A stretch of DNA of 64,000 nucleotides, taken from the NCBI GenBank assembly GCA_038128845.1, contig JAYPKL010000001.1:113605-177604 (forward strand). The letters are read 5' to 3'. Under the pieces are notes generated by a model. The model made no database searches. It was given only the letters and a program-made list of their open reading frames with translations, and was not told the DNA's origin. Each line of letters starts with the position of its first letter. The stretch's first letter is position 1. Positions 1 to 13,902 of the stretch are shown here, in pieces. This DNA comes from Candidatus Woesearchaeota archaeon (GTDB lineage Archaea; Nanobdellota; Nanobdellia; UBA10117; ARS21). The translations under genes and the position numbers were made by a program.

Positions 1-587
1 TACCATACGCCCTGTTCATTAGCACATTCTACTGCTTGTGCAGATATTTCTGCTGCAGCATGGAAAGATAGAGGGAAATGTTTGTATACATATCTTACTT
101 TGCCCGTATCGATATAGTTGGTTTTAATTTCTTTTATTGTAGTTTCATAAAATCTTTTACAGAATGGACATTGGAAATCAGACCATTCAACTAAAGTTAC
201 TGGAGCATCAATCGAACCCAATGATAGTTCATTTTCTGAGAGAGTTATTTCAGATCTAGTTGGTTTTGGTTTTGATGAAATAGATTCGGATATGTGTTGA
301 ATATCTCCTAAGATTAATGCAGTACCGTCTCTACTAACATGTATATCTGTTTGTTGATTTAGAGTTCCTTGAGTCAAGTTTAAATAAATTTGATACATTT
401 CATGATGTAATTCATATCCAATTGCTTCTATTATTACCGTATCGTCTCCAATCATTTTTGAAACTTCGTTTTCTGCTATATTCATTGCTTGGTTTGGAGA
501 AACACTAGTTCCTAATGGAAACATTAAAATTGCTATTACTGTGAATAAAAAAATAATACCATTATTTTTCTTTGTTTTTTTAGACAT
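1..587 (-). CDS. DsbA/thioredoxin-fold thiol-disulfide oxidoreductase, membrane-anchored (C-terminus beyond window start)
   Basis: Reverse-strand translation from ATG at 585-587 gives MSKKTKKNNGIIFLFTVIAILMFPLGT... with a CPFC active-site motif and ...VECANEQG. N-terminal signal anchor. No stop within the window, so it is absent from the ORF track. Confidence 0.5.
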   Translation of the reverse strand, partial: MSKKTKKNNGIIFLFTVIAILMFPLGTSVSPNQAMNIAENEVSKMIGDDTVIIEAIGYELHHEMYQIYLNLTQGTLNQQTDIHVSRDGTALILGDIQHISESISSKPKPTRSEITLSENELSLGSIDAPVTLVEWSDFQCPFCKRFYETTIKEIKTNYIDTGKVRYVYKHFPLSFHAAAEISAQAVECANEQGVW

Positions 588-607
588 TTTTAATTAATAT
601 TCTTAAT

Positions 608-1123
608 CTATATAATGTTTGCGTAGTTTTGAACTAATAAAATAAGTGCAGCAGAATAAGATAAAACAGATATTACTTTTTCTGAAAAAGATCCGCTAGA
701 AATTGGACCTCTAATAACTGAATTAGAAATTGGAAAAAATAATTTTACTCCGTGAGGAGTTAAACCATCAGTCAATAAATGAACAAAATATCCTATAAAA
801 AACCATCCTGCATTCGCCATATTTAAATTAAGAAAAGATAAAATAAATCCCAATCCCACCATAAATAAAAATCCTGAAAATAATGAGTGAACAAAACCTC
901 TATGTTTAGTAAATAAACTTGCAAAATAATGAAAGAAAGGTGAATGCCTGCTTATCTTTGAATGAGGAGAATCAATATCAGGTAGTATTAAACCAAATAA
1001 ATAAAATATTGTTGTAGTTACAGTCGGACTATTTAGAGTACCCAATGGCCAAAAAGAAATAGTTCTTGTCAATAATGCTGCAAATACAAATAGCCCTAAA
1101 CTTAAGTGAGATCTAAATAACAT
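608..1123 (-). CDS. polytopic membrane protein, possible DUF457/YdjM-like membrane-bound metal-dependent hydrolase
   Basis: 171 aa, multiple TM helices, His/Asp-containing loops (DIDSPHSKISRHSP). Family call is by resemblance only. Confidence 0.35.
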   Translation of the reverse strand: MLFRSHLSLGLFVFAALLTRTISFWPLGTLNSPTVTTTIFYLFGLILPDIDSPHSKISRHSPFFHYFASLFTKHRGFVHSLFSGFLFMVGLGFILSFLNLNMANAGWFFIGYFVHLLTDGLTPHGVKLFFPISNSVIRGPISSGSFSEKVISVLSYSAALILLVQNYANII

Positions 1124-1164
1124 AATATACGAAGTGTTTTTTAAATTTAATAATTACTATTTTT

Positions 1165-1992
1165 ATGAAGAATCAACTAAAAACTGCAGTACTTCTGGGA
1201 AGTTTAGGCGGATTTATGTTATTAGTAGGCCAATTAATCGGAGGTCAACAAGGACTATATGTTGCTTTGATATTTGCTTTATTTTCAAATTTTATGGCAT
1301 ATTTTTATTCAGATAAATTTGTTTTAAGAGTATATAGAGCAAAAGAATTATCTGTTTCAGAATATCCGAGAGTACATCAAATTGTAAATAAATTATGTAA
1401 ATCAAATAATATGAAGAAACCGAGAGTTTATTTAATACCATCAAATAATCCTAATGCTTTTGCAACGGGAAGAAATCAAAATCACTCTGTAATCGGATTA
1501 ACTCAAGGAATCCTGGATTTACTTAACGAAAAAGAATTGAAAGGAGTTATTGCACATGAATTGGGACATATAAAAAATAAAGATATTTTGATTGGAAGTA
1601 TTGCTGCCACAATGGCAACAACAATTTCATTTTTAGCAAACATGGCTCAATGGGCAGCAATTTTTGGTTCAAGAGATAGAAATAATAATATTTTTTCAAT
1701 GTTGATTATTGCATTAATTACACCAATCATTGCAGCAATAATACAAATGGCAATAAGTAGATCAAGAGAATTTCAAGCAGATAAAACTGGAGCAAAATTT
1801 GCAAAAGATACAGAAGGCTTAAGTTCTGCATTAAAAAAAATGGAAACCAGATCAAAAGCAGTTCCGATGAGGATGGGAGACACTGCATCATCTCATTTAT
1901 TTATTGTTAATCCGTTTTCTAAAGAACTTTTTTCAACACACCCATCAACTGATGCCAGAATTAAAAGATTAAAAAACATGAAAATAAACTAA
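1165..1992 (+). CDS. htpX: HtpX-family M48 zinc metalloprotease
   Basis: HEXXH zinc motif in GVIAHELGHIKNKD, N-terminal TM helices, ~275 aa typical of HtpX. Confidence 0.85.
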   Translation: MKNQLKTAVLLGSLGGFMLLVGQLIGGQQGLYVALIFALFSNFMAYFYSDKFVLRVYRAKELSVSEYPRVHQIVNKLCKSNNMKKPRVYLIPSNNPNAFATGRNQNHSVIGLTQGILDLLNEKELKGVIAHELGHIKNKDILIGSIAATMATTISFLANMAQWAAIFGSRDRNNNIFSMLIIALITPIIAAIIQMAISRSREFQADKTGAKFAKDTEGLSSALKKMETRSKAVPMRMGDTASSHLFIVNPFSKELFSTHPSTDARIKRLKNMKIN

Positions 1993-2030
1993 AACCGGCA
2001 TATTTTTAATAAAAATAATAAGGTTATTGT

Positions 2031-2702
2031 ATGTCAATAAGGTCAAGATTTTGTCCAGAGTGTGGAAAAACTGTAGAAAAGTTATATGAATCTAAATGTA
2101 TTGATTGCTATGCAGAAAATTCAAATGTTAAAATACCAAACAAAAAAAATGTTCTTTTTTGTGTAAAGTGTGAACAAATTTTTAATAATGGATTTTGGAC
2201 AAATGGAGATTCAGATAAAATATTATTAAATAGAATTAAAAAATCAGTAATTTTACCTGAAAAAGAATTAATGATATCAGTTAAATTTGATGAAAACAAT
2301 GAAGGAGTAATTGTAAAATCAAAACTTGAATCTGCAATAATTAAAAGATTAGTAAAAGGAAAATTTGAAGTTAAAAAATACTGTTGCCCAGCATGTTCTA
2401 GAGAAATGGGAGTTGATTATCTTGCTAAATTGCAATTAAGATCAAAAGATCCAAATTTCGTTGAAAATGCTTTAAATTATATTCGTTCAAGTAAACCAAA
2501 AATTTCAAAAGTTGAATATGTTGCAGCAGGTGCAGATATATACTTAGTAAATCAGCAAATAGCCAGACAAGCATCAAGAAGAATAAAAAAACACTTCAAT
2601 TGCCATATTAAAGCTAGTTACAAAGCTTATGGTTGGGATAAAGAAAAAGATAAACCAAAACAACGAATAACAATTCTTTTAAAACAAAAAGAGAGAAATT
2701 AA
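2031..2702 (+). CDS. NMD3-family protein (short form), ribosome large-subunit maturation/export factor homolog
   Basis: N-terminal FCPECG...CIDCY...CVKCEQ...CCPACSRE: four CxxC pairs arranged as in the archaeal NMD3 zinc-binding N-terminal domain. 223 aa is shorter than typical NMD3. Confidence 0.5.
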   Translation: MSIRSRFCPECGKTVEKLYESKCIDCYAENSNVKIPNKKNVLFCVKCEQIFNNGFWTNGDSDKILLNRIKKSVILPEKELMISVKFDENNEGVIVKSKLESAIIKRLVKGKFEVKKYCCPACSREMGVDYLAKLQLRSKDPNFVENALNYIRSSKPKISKVEYVAAGADIYLVNQQIARQASRRIKKHFNCHIKASYKAYGWDKEKDKPKQRITILLKQKERN

Positions 2703-2704
2703 AA

Positions 2705-3055
2705 ATGGCTGAATCAAGTAAAAAAAATAAGAAAGGGAATAGACATGCACATAACAAACCTGATGAAAAAGTTAGATTACCAAAATCAGATGAATTGTTT
2801 GGTATTGTTGATACAAGATTAGGGATGGGCAAGTCCAGAATTAGATGTTCTGATGGTAATGAGAGAATTTGCAGAGTTCCGGGAGCATTAAAAAGACGTC
2901 TATGGGTTCGACCAGATAATATCGTAATAGTTAAACCTTGGGAATATGAAGGTGACAGAAAAGGTGACATACTTTTCAATTACAATCCAATTCAAGTTAA
3001 GTGGTTAAAGAAAGAAGGACACCTTAAGGAATTACTGGAACAAGAAGAATTTTAG
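2705..3055 (+). CDS. eif1a: translation initiation factor aIF-1A
   Basis: 116 aa. An S1-like OB core (FGIVDTRLGMGKSRIRCSDGNERICRVPGALKRRLWVRPDNIVIV) matches eIF-1A. Conserved neighbourhood with a KH-protein gene downstream. Confidence 0.85.
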   Translation: MAESSKKNKKGNRHAHNKPDEKVRLPKSDELFGIVDTRLGMGKSRIRCSDGNERICRVPGALKRRLWVRPDNIVIVKPWEYEGDRKGDILFNYNPIQVKWLKKEGHLKELLEQEEF

Positions 3056-3541
3056 ATGCAAATTAATATACCTGAGAATAGAGTCTCCATTTTAATTGGG
3101 GAAAAGGGAAAAACAAAAAGATTAATCGAAAAATTAACAAAATCAAAATTAAATATTTCAAATAAAGGTAATATAACCATATTGTCCGAAAATTTAAAGA
3201 CACGAGATATAATTGAAGCAATCGGAAGAGGTTTTAATCCAAAAATTGCATTAAAATTAGTTTCAGAAGATATAATTTTTGATTTAGTTGAAATTAATGA
3301 TTTTTCAAAAAATAAATTACGTCAATCATCACTTAGATCAAGAGTTATTGGAAGAAATGGTTCTGCAAAAAAGATGATTGAAACTAGAACAAATACGGAT
3401 ATTGCAGTATTTGGGAAAACAGTTGCATTTATCGGTAAAGTTGAAGATGTGTATCTTGCAAGACGAACAATAGAACTTATTCTCCAAGGAAGTCAACACG
3501 GTTCAGTTTATCGGTGGTTAAAAGATCAAACTAATGATTAG
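3056..3541 (+). CDS. KH-domain RNA-binding protein (archaeal Dim2/Pno1-like)
   Basis: Two KH-like segments (ILIGEKGKTKRLIE; VIGRNGSAKKMIE). It sits immediately downstream of aIF-1A as in many archaea. Confidence 0.6.
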   Translation: MQINIPENRVSILIGEKGKTKRLIEKLTKSKLNISNKGNITILSENLKTRDIIEAIGRGFNPKIALKLVSEDIIFDLVEINDFSKNKLRQSSLRSRVIGRNGSAKKMIETRTNTDIAVFGKTVAFIGKVEDVYLARRTIELILQGSQHGSVYRWLKDQTND

Positions 3542-3614
3542 TATTATTCATAATTTTTAATTTTATTTTTAATAATTAGAAATATTTATAATATAATGGT
3601 TATTTATTTGGTTA

Positions 3615-5219
3615 ATGAGCGGTTCTAACCATAAACAAGTATCAGTTGCAGAGTTTTTTGAAAAAAATAGACATTTACTTGGATTTAATAATCCTGCAAA
3701 AGCACTTTTAACTTCAGTAAAAGAAGCAGTAGATAATTCTTTGGATGCATGTGAAAGTTCAAAGATTCTTCCAGATATTTTTGTTAAGATTCAAGATATG
3801 GGAAATGATAGATATAAATTAATTGTCGAAGATAATGGTCCGGGCCTAGATAAAAAAGTATTGGGTAAAGCATTTGGTTCATTGTTATATGGTTCTAAAT
3901 TCAGATCTACTGGAGGAAAACAAGGAAGAGGACAACAAGGTATTGGTATATCTGCAGTTATAATGTATGGTCAACTTACTACGGGTAAACCGGCAGTTAT
4001 TATTTCAAAAACTGCAAAAGAAAGCAAGGCAAGACATTACAAGTTACATATTGATGTTAAAAATAATGAACCAGACATTTTAGAATCTGAAGAAAAAGAT
4101 TGGAAAAAAGATCACGGAACCAGAATTGAAGTTATTATGGATGGAAAAATATTGAAAACAAAACAATCTCCATTTGAATTTATTAAGCAAACAGCAGTTG
4201 TTAATCCTCATGCAAAATTGGAATATGTAGATCAAGAGGGTCAAAAATATAAATTTCCAAGAGTAATTAATGAATTACCAAAAGAAGCTAAAGAATTAAA
4301 ACCACATCCACACGGTACCGAATTTGGTGTTTTCAAAAGAATGTCAAAAGCAACTAACGCAAGATCTATTAAGAGCTTTTTAACTACTGATTTTGACAAA
4401 GTTGGAGCAGGTACTGCCGAATTAATATTAAAAGAGGCAGAAATTGATGAAAGAATTATGCCAAAATTATTGAATGATGATCAATTACATTCAATTCATA
4501 AAGCAATTGCAAATGCAAAAATAATGAATCCTAGTACTGATTGTTTAAGCCCAATAGGTGCAGAAGCATTAAGAAAAAGTTTAGAATCAGAGTACGATTT
4601 AGAATTTACTAAAGCAGTTACAAGACGTCCAACTGTATATAGAGGATTTCCATTTCAAATTGAAGTTGCCATCGGATACGGAGGAGAATTAAATCCCGAA
4701 GGATCTGTAAATTTGAATCGTTTTGCAAATAAAGTTCCATTATTATACGAAGAAGGTGCATGTGCAATTACGAAAGAACTTAAGAAAATAACTTGGAGAA
4801 GTTACGGTTTATCAAATTCTTCGGGCAGTATGCCGAGCGGACCTGCAATTATTGTAGTTCACATGGCTTCAGTTTGGGTACCATTTACTTCCGAAAGTAA
4901 GGCATCGGTTGCAAGTTATCCGGATATAAATAAAGAATTAAGATTAGCAATTCAAGAATGTGCAAGAAGTTTGCAAGTATATGTAAAGAGAAAACAAAAA
5001 TCAGCATTAGAAGAAGAAAAAAGACAAAAGTTCAGAGGTTATTCTGACGAAGTTTCAAAAGCGGTTGCTAAACTTACATTAAAAGATTCATACAAAGCAG
5101 ATACAAAACAAATATTAAATGTTTCAGATAAAATAAGAGATTCATTACTAAAGACTGCAGAATCAATGTATTCTTCAGGAAAGAATTTGGAAGAATCGGA
5201 GGAAGAAGAAAATGAGTAA
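3615..5219 (+). CDS. top6B: DNA topoisomerase VI subunit B
   Basis: GHKL/Bergerat ATPase motifs (VKEAVDNSLDACE, DNGPGL, GxxGxG). 534 aa. Overlaps top6A by 8 nt. Confidence 0.9.
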   Translation: MSGSNHKQVSVAEFFEKNRHLLGFNNPAKALLTSVKEAVDNSLDACESSKILPDIFVKIQDMGNDRYKLIVEDNGPGLDKKVLGKAFGSLLYGSKFRSTGGKQGRGQQGIGISAVIMYGQLTTGKPAVIISKTAKESKARHYKLHIDVKNNEPDILESEEKDWKKDHGTRIEVIMDGKILKTKQSPFEFIKQTAVVNPHAKLEYVDQEGQKYKFPRVINELPKEAKELKPHPHGTEFGVFKRMSKATNARSIKSFLTTDFDKVGAGTAELILKEAEIDERIMPKLLNDDQLHSIHKAIANAKIMNPSTDCLSPIGAEALRKSLESEYDLEFTKAVTRRPTVYRGFPFQIEVAIGYGGELNPEGSVNLNRFANKVPLLYEEGACAITKELKKITWRSYGLSNSSGSMPSGPAIIVVHMASVWVPFTSESKASVASYPDINKELRLAIQECARSLQVYVKRKQKSALEEEKRQKFRGYSDEVSKAVAKLTLKDSYKADTKQILNVSDKIRDSLLKTAESMYSSGKNLEESEEEENE

Positions 5220-6324
5220 TAAAGATAAAGTAAGAGCAGAAATAATAGAAAAATTAAGAGTATTAGGTGAAAAATTACAAAAAGAAATTCTTGCAAATCA
5301 AGATCCAGAATTTAATATGCCAATAAGAACATTATCAAATTCCTTCTTTGATGAAAAATCAAAATTAATAAGACTTGGAGATAAAGTTCAAACTAGAAAC
5401 TTTTTCAATGTAGGACAAGCAAGAAAATTTATGCAGACTGCACTAATCGCTTCACAAATCAAGGAATTATTGGAACAAGATAAACCGAGCATCTCTACAA
5501 GACAACTTTATTATATTCTTAAAAGAACTATCGAAGGCTTAAAAGAAAATACTTTCGAAGAGCAAGGAGAGAGTGACCCAATTATAGAAGATATAGAAGT
5601 CACAATCGACGCACTTAGAGAAGATTTAGGATTGGAACCTACTCCGGATGGAGTTTTCTCGGGACCATTACAATATAAAGATTTGAAAACCGGAGATCTA
5701 ATTGATTGTTCTAAGATGGGAACTGCAGGTGCAGCAATTCCTGCAAATACTGAGCCAGGCGTTATGAAATTTGAAAAATGTGATGCAAAATATGTACTAG
5801 TAGTAGAAAAGTTTGCAGTTTGGTCCGTGCTTAATCAACTTAAATACTGGCAAAAAAACAATTGTATTTTATTAACAGGTAAGGGACAAGCAGGAAGGTC
5901 AACAAGAAGATTAGTTGCAAGATTAAATAAAGAATTAAAACTGCCAGTTTATGTTTTTGCAGATTTTGATCCATATGGTTATTATATTTATTCAGTTTAC
6001 AAACAAGGTTCAATAAATTTAGCTTTCTTCTCCGAAAAAGCAGGATGTCCAGAGGCTAAATATATCGGATTGAAGCACGATGATATTGAAAAATTCGATA
6101 TTGCAAAATCTAATTTTATCAAACTAACTGATCAAGATGTTAAACGTCTTAAAGAAGTTAAAAACTATGATTGGTTTAAGAAAAAAGAATGGCAAACTGA
6201 GTTGACTAAAGCAATTAAGTTTGGTTATAAAATTGAATCTGATGCGCTTGTTTCTAAAACAATTGAATTTATGGCAGAAGAATATCTTCCAAAAGTAATT
6301 AAAGAAAAAGATTGGCTAGATTAA
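5212..6324 (+). CDS. top6A: DNA topoisomerase VI subunit A (Spo11 homolog)
   Basis: 370 aa, Toprim/winged-helix Spo11-like (YVLVVEKFAVW, catalytic Tyr region). Operonic with top6B. Confidence 0.9.
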   Translation: MSNKDKVRAEIIEKLRVLGEKLQKEILANQDPEFNMPIRTLSNSFFDEKSKLIRLGDKVQTRNFFNVGQARKFMQTALIASQIKELLEQDKPSISTRQLYYILKRTIEGLKENTFEEQGESDPIIEDIEVTIDALREDLGLEPTPDGVFSGPLQYKDLKTGDLIDCSKMGTAGAAIPANTEPGVMKFEKCDAKYVLVVEKFAVWSVLNQLKYWQKNNCILLTGKGQAGRSTRRLVARLNKELKLPVYVFADFDPYGYYIYSVYKQGSINLAFFSEKAGCPEAKYIGLKHDDIEKFDIAKSNFIKLTDQDVKRLKEVKNYDWFKKKEWQTELTKAIKFGYKIESDALVSKTIEFMAEEYLPKVIKEKDWLD

Positions 6325-6361
6325 CCGGTTAACTTTTTAAAATCTGAAAAATAATATTAAT

Positions 6362-6739
6362 ATGTACACAATTACTGAGTCACTTGCTTTAATTTTTGCA
6401 ATATCTGTTATTGTTAAATTTGCATTTATTTACTCTGGTACAAATACAACAAATGTTTTTCTAAAAAATTCTAAAAAAGTTTATGAAAATTCAATGATAA
6501 GAAATCTTTATTTATTATTGTTCATTGCAACTCTTTATTTATTATTAATGGAAATGACCATTGTTCAATTTACTGCAGCATTTACGGTAGGATTATTATT
6601 GTATGGTCATATGCTTCTACACTTTCCTAAAGAGATACAAAAAATTGCACAAGCATATTTTAAAGATAGAAAAAAATATTTACCAGAATTTTTTATTTAT
6701 TTAATTTTAGCCATTTGGGTTTTGAGAGTTTTATTTTAA
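6362..6739 (+). CDS. small polytopic membrane protein, unknown function
   Basis: 125 aa, 3-4 predicted TM helices, no recognisable motif. Confidence 0.3.
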   Translation: MYTITESLALIFAISVIVKFAFIYSGTNTTNVFLKNSKKVYENSMIRNLYLLLFIATLYLLLMEMTIVQFTAAFTVGLLLYGHMLLHFPKEIQKIAQAYFKDRKKYLPEFFIYLILAIWVLRVLF

Positions 6740-6782
6740 TAACAACACATTAAGTTTTTAATAAATTAATAAGATATATTTT

Positions 6783-7940
6783 ATGAGTGAGATTGCATTG
6801 TCTGTTGCTTTTGTTGGAGTAATCTTACTTATAGGAGTATTTCTTAAATTATTATCTGAAAAAAAAGGATATCCATTAACTTTGTTTTTATTACTTCTGG
6901 GTATAATTGTAGGTCACGTTTTCAAATTTAATCCTGAAGATAGTTTAACGAGCGTAGGTTCATTCGTTACATTAGCACTAGTAATAGTTCTTTTCGATGC
7001 AGGTATGACTATTAATGTTCGTAGATTATACAAAAATATTGCAGCTCCTTTTACTTTTGGAATGATTGCTGTCGGATTAACAATTGCTACTGTGGCAGTT
7101 TTTGCTAAGATGATATTGGGATTAGATTATATATTCGGTTTAATTCTTGGAAGTATTTTGGCATCAACTGATTTGACAATTATTGCACCAATATTTAATT
7201 CTATGAAAGTTAAACCACAAGTTAAAGAATTCATAGAAATTGAATCTTCTATCAATTCAATTTTTGCTGCAGTTTTTGTAGTTGTTTTAATTAATCTTTA
7301 TGAGACGGGTGCAAAACTTGCATTTAATGCAGATATTTTATCCACTGGTTTACAAACTCTTCTTTACAATATTTTTGTTGGAGCAGGTCTTGGATTAGTT
7401 ATAGGATATTTAATATTAAGATTTATTACAAAACTATCTGCGGGACAAATGCCACATTTAGTAATGTTTGGTTCATTATTTTTCACTTATGCAATATCCG
7501 AATTATTGGGAGCATCCGGAATCGCTACTGCTTTGGCAATAGGTATAGTTTTTGGAAATTCAAAAACAACAGTTCCAAGTATAATAAAATCCTTTGGCGG
7601 AGAAATGGAATTAATTTTAGTAACATTTGTTTATTTCTTACTAGGAGCAATAATTGACTTCAATATAATTTATAATTCTTTAATTCCGGCTTTAGTTTTA
7701 ATTTCATTAGTTTATTTATCAAGATATATCTCTGTAAAATATTTTACAAAAGGAATGGAAAAGTTAAGAAAATTCACATTATTAAGTTCACCGAGAGGTA
7801 TAACTTGTGCAGTACTAACTTTAAGTTATTCTTCAATCTTTCCAAATCCTGCATTAATCATAGGTCTTGTATTTTCAGTAATTTTAATAAGTTCACTGTC
7901 AATGTTTTTGATACCAAAATCCTTGCCTAAAAGGTATTAG
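6783..7940 (+). CDS. cation:proton antiporter (Na+/H+ exchanger family)
   Basis: 385 aa, ~11 TM helices, CPA-type composition (ASTDLTIIAPIF, GLGLVIGY). Confidence 0.55.
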   Translation: MSEIALSVAFVGVILLIGVFLKLLSEKKGYPLTLFLLLLGIIVGHVFKFNPEDSLTSVGSFVTLALVIVLFDAGMTINVRRLYKNIAAPFTFGMIAVGLTIATVAVFAKMILGLDYIFGLILGSILASTDLTIIAPIFNSMKVKPQVKEFIEIESSINSIFAAVFVVVLINLYETGAKLAFNADILSTGLQTLLYNIFVGAGLGLVIGYLILRFITKLSAGQMPHLVMFGSLFFTYAISELLGASGIATALAIGIVFGNSKTTVPSIIKSFGGEMELILVTFVYFLLGAIIDFNIIYNSLIPALVLISLVYLSRYISVKYFTKGMEKLRKFTLLSSPRGITCAVLTLSYSSIFPNPALIIGLVFSVILISSLSMFLIPKSLPKRY

Positions 7941-8161
7941 TCAAACAATAAGTTTTATAAATTAAATTATTCTTTCTGTTAATTAGTCAAGTAATTGACA
8001 TTTCTGTGAAGGCATAGCCGGAGAGAAGCTCACACTGAGCAATGGTGAATGCCAATTACATGAATTGGTATTATGTAGATGATCAATATCATGAAATAAT
8101 TTATTATTTCGATATCCTAATACTTGTGAACAGTGAAATCTATTCATATTTTAAGTTAAGA

Positions 8162-9626
<1,465 letters not shown>

Positions 9627-9680
9627 TTTATGAGAGCACTTACGGGTGCTCTCATAGAACTATATATTGGTCATCATAAG

Positions 9681-9753
9681 GGCTTGTAGCTCAATCTGGT
9701 AGAGCGCCTGCTTTGCACGCAGGAGGTTAGGTGTTCAAATCACTTCAAGTCCA
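9681..9753 (+). tRNA. tRNA-Ala (anticodon UGC) in the 16S-23S spacer
   Basis: GGGCTTGTAGCTCAATCTGGTAGAGCGCCTGCTTTGCACGCAGGAGGTTAGGTGTTCAAATCACTTCAAGTCCA. 7-bp acceptor stem, anticodon loop CTTTGCACG. Confidence 0.85.
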
Positions 9754-9799
9754 TCTCAATCGAGAATCATTGCAATCACGATACATTATCGTGGTTAAG

Positions 9800-12675
<2,876 letters not shown>

Positions 12676-12774
12676 ATTTTATTTTTGATTATTCGATTTA
12701 GAATAATTTAGGGTAGTATTTACTACCTTTAAATTTTTGATTAACTTTATTAGTGATAACTATCTTAAATTTAT

Positions 12775-12963
12775 ATGTCCAAAATAAATTTCAAAAAAGA
12801 TTTACCATTAATAATTATTTCTGCACTTATTGTGTATATTATTGATTTTTCAATATTCAGTCAGCTTAATTTTTTACCTGCTGTTGAATATATACTAGAT
12901 TTAATTCTATTCTATGTATTCTTAAAAACAATTAAAACAGAAATGAAAAGATCAAAAAGATAA
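12775..12963 (+). CDS. small membrane peptide, hypothetical
   Basis: 62 aa, two hydrophobic segments, no motif. Could be spurious. Confidence 0.2.
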   Translation: MSKINFKKDLPLIIISALIVYIIDFSIFSQLNFLPAVEYILDLILFYVFLKTIKTEMKRSKR

Positions 12964-13113
12964 TTATTTTTTTCTTGATTTTTCTATAACTTTAAGTTGT
13001 TTCATTGGAATAAAATATTTCCAAACTTTATGTTTATTGTATCCAATTATTTTTTTAAAAAAATCTTGCCACATAAAACATATTGTTATATATCATATAT
13101 AATTATATCTCTC

Positions 13114-13584
13114 ATGTTAGAGATGCCGAAGTATTCTGTAATAAAAGAATATAATAAATTTGAAATTAGAGAATACGAACCATCTGTCTGGACAGAGGTA
13201 AAAAATAAATCAAACATATCTTCTTTTAGAATACTAGCAGATTATATTTTTGGAAATAATTCAAAAAATATCAAAATGAATATGACTGCACCTGTGAGAA
13301 TTGGAGAAAAATTCAGTTTTTTCATGGAATCAAAATATGGAAAAAATCTTCCCGTTCCAAATAATAAAGAAATAAAAATTAAATCTTATGGAAAAGAAAA
13401 GTATGCAGTGATTACATTTTCAGGTTTAACAAATGATGCTAGAGTTAAAAAATTCACAGAAATATTATATTCGGAATTAAAAAAAGAAAAAATTAAACAC
13501 ACAAAAAATTCAATTCTTGCAAGATATGACGGACCATACAAATTACCAATTTTAAGAAGAAATGAAATTATGGTAAAGTTATAA
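13114..13584 (+). CDS. SOUL/HBP heme-binding-family protein
   Basis: From internal Met (MLEMPKYSVIKEYNKFEIREYEPSVWTEV...ILADYIFGNNSKNIKMNMTAPV) the sequence matches the SOUL family signature. The 5' extension of the tracked ORF is hydrophobic junk. Confidence 0.55.
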   Translation: MLEMPKYSVIKEYNKFEIREYEPSVWTEVKNKSNISSFRILADYIFGNNSKNIKMNMTAPVRIGEKFSFFMESKYGKNLPVPNNKEIKIKSYGKEKYAVITFSGLTNDARVKKFTEILYSELKKEKIKHTKNSILARYDGPYKLPILRRNEIMVKL

Positions 13585-13617
13585 TAAACTTTATAAACTC
13601 AAATTTAATAGCCAAAA

Positions 13618-13882
13618 TAACGCAGGGAGGCAGACCGTCGGTATTTATGCTGTGGAAAGTCCACCCACTCGCGAAGTCCAGCGTAAGCGAACTTTAATCG
13701 GTTCATCTGGCAACAGAAATAAACTGCTTTGATCGCATAATGATGCTTGTCTGAAGTTGTTCAAAGTTAGGTGAGATATGTTAGATTGGATGAGTGCAAG
13801 ACCTTGAGTCGCTAAGTTAAATGTCTGCATTTACTGTCCGATTACGGAGTAAAACAAAAGGTGGCTTATATCTCTGCGTTAC
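13618..13882 (+). ncRNA. rnpB: RNase P RNA (compact form)
   Basis: GC-rich island in an AT-rich intergenic region. CR-I GGAAAGTCCACCC and CR-V ACAAAAGGTGGCTTA can form P4 with the universally conserved bulged U. Terminal P1 pairing AACGCAGGGAG / TCTCTGCGTT. Confidence 0.7.
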
Positions 13883-13902
13883 TTTTATAATAAATTAATA
13901 AA

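Noticed and set aside
1134-1316. 60-aa ORF overlapping the start of htpX
   Set aside because: Different frame over the htpX 5' end. Low-complexity translation. htpX has the convincing protein signature.
12676-12774. Search for a 5S rRNA gene downstream of 23S
   Set aside because: No GC-rich ~120-nt segment with 5S helix I/loop C features. The region is A/T-rich with only a short GGGTAGTA/TACTACC hairpin, likely a terminator. 5S is presumably unlinked.
12997-13113. N-terminal 39-aa extension of the SOUL-family ORF
   Set aside because: Hydrophobic/low-complexity translation of A/T-rich intergenic DNA. Family alignment begins at the internal Met (13114/13123).
13645-13830. 61-aa minus-strand ORF
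   Set aside because: Falls inside the RNase P RNA gene (CR-I/CR-V/P4 present). Spurious.
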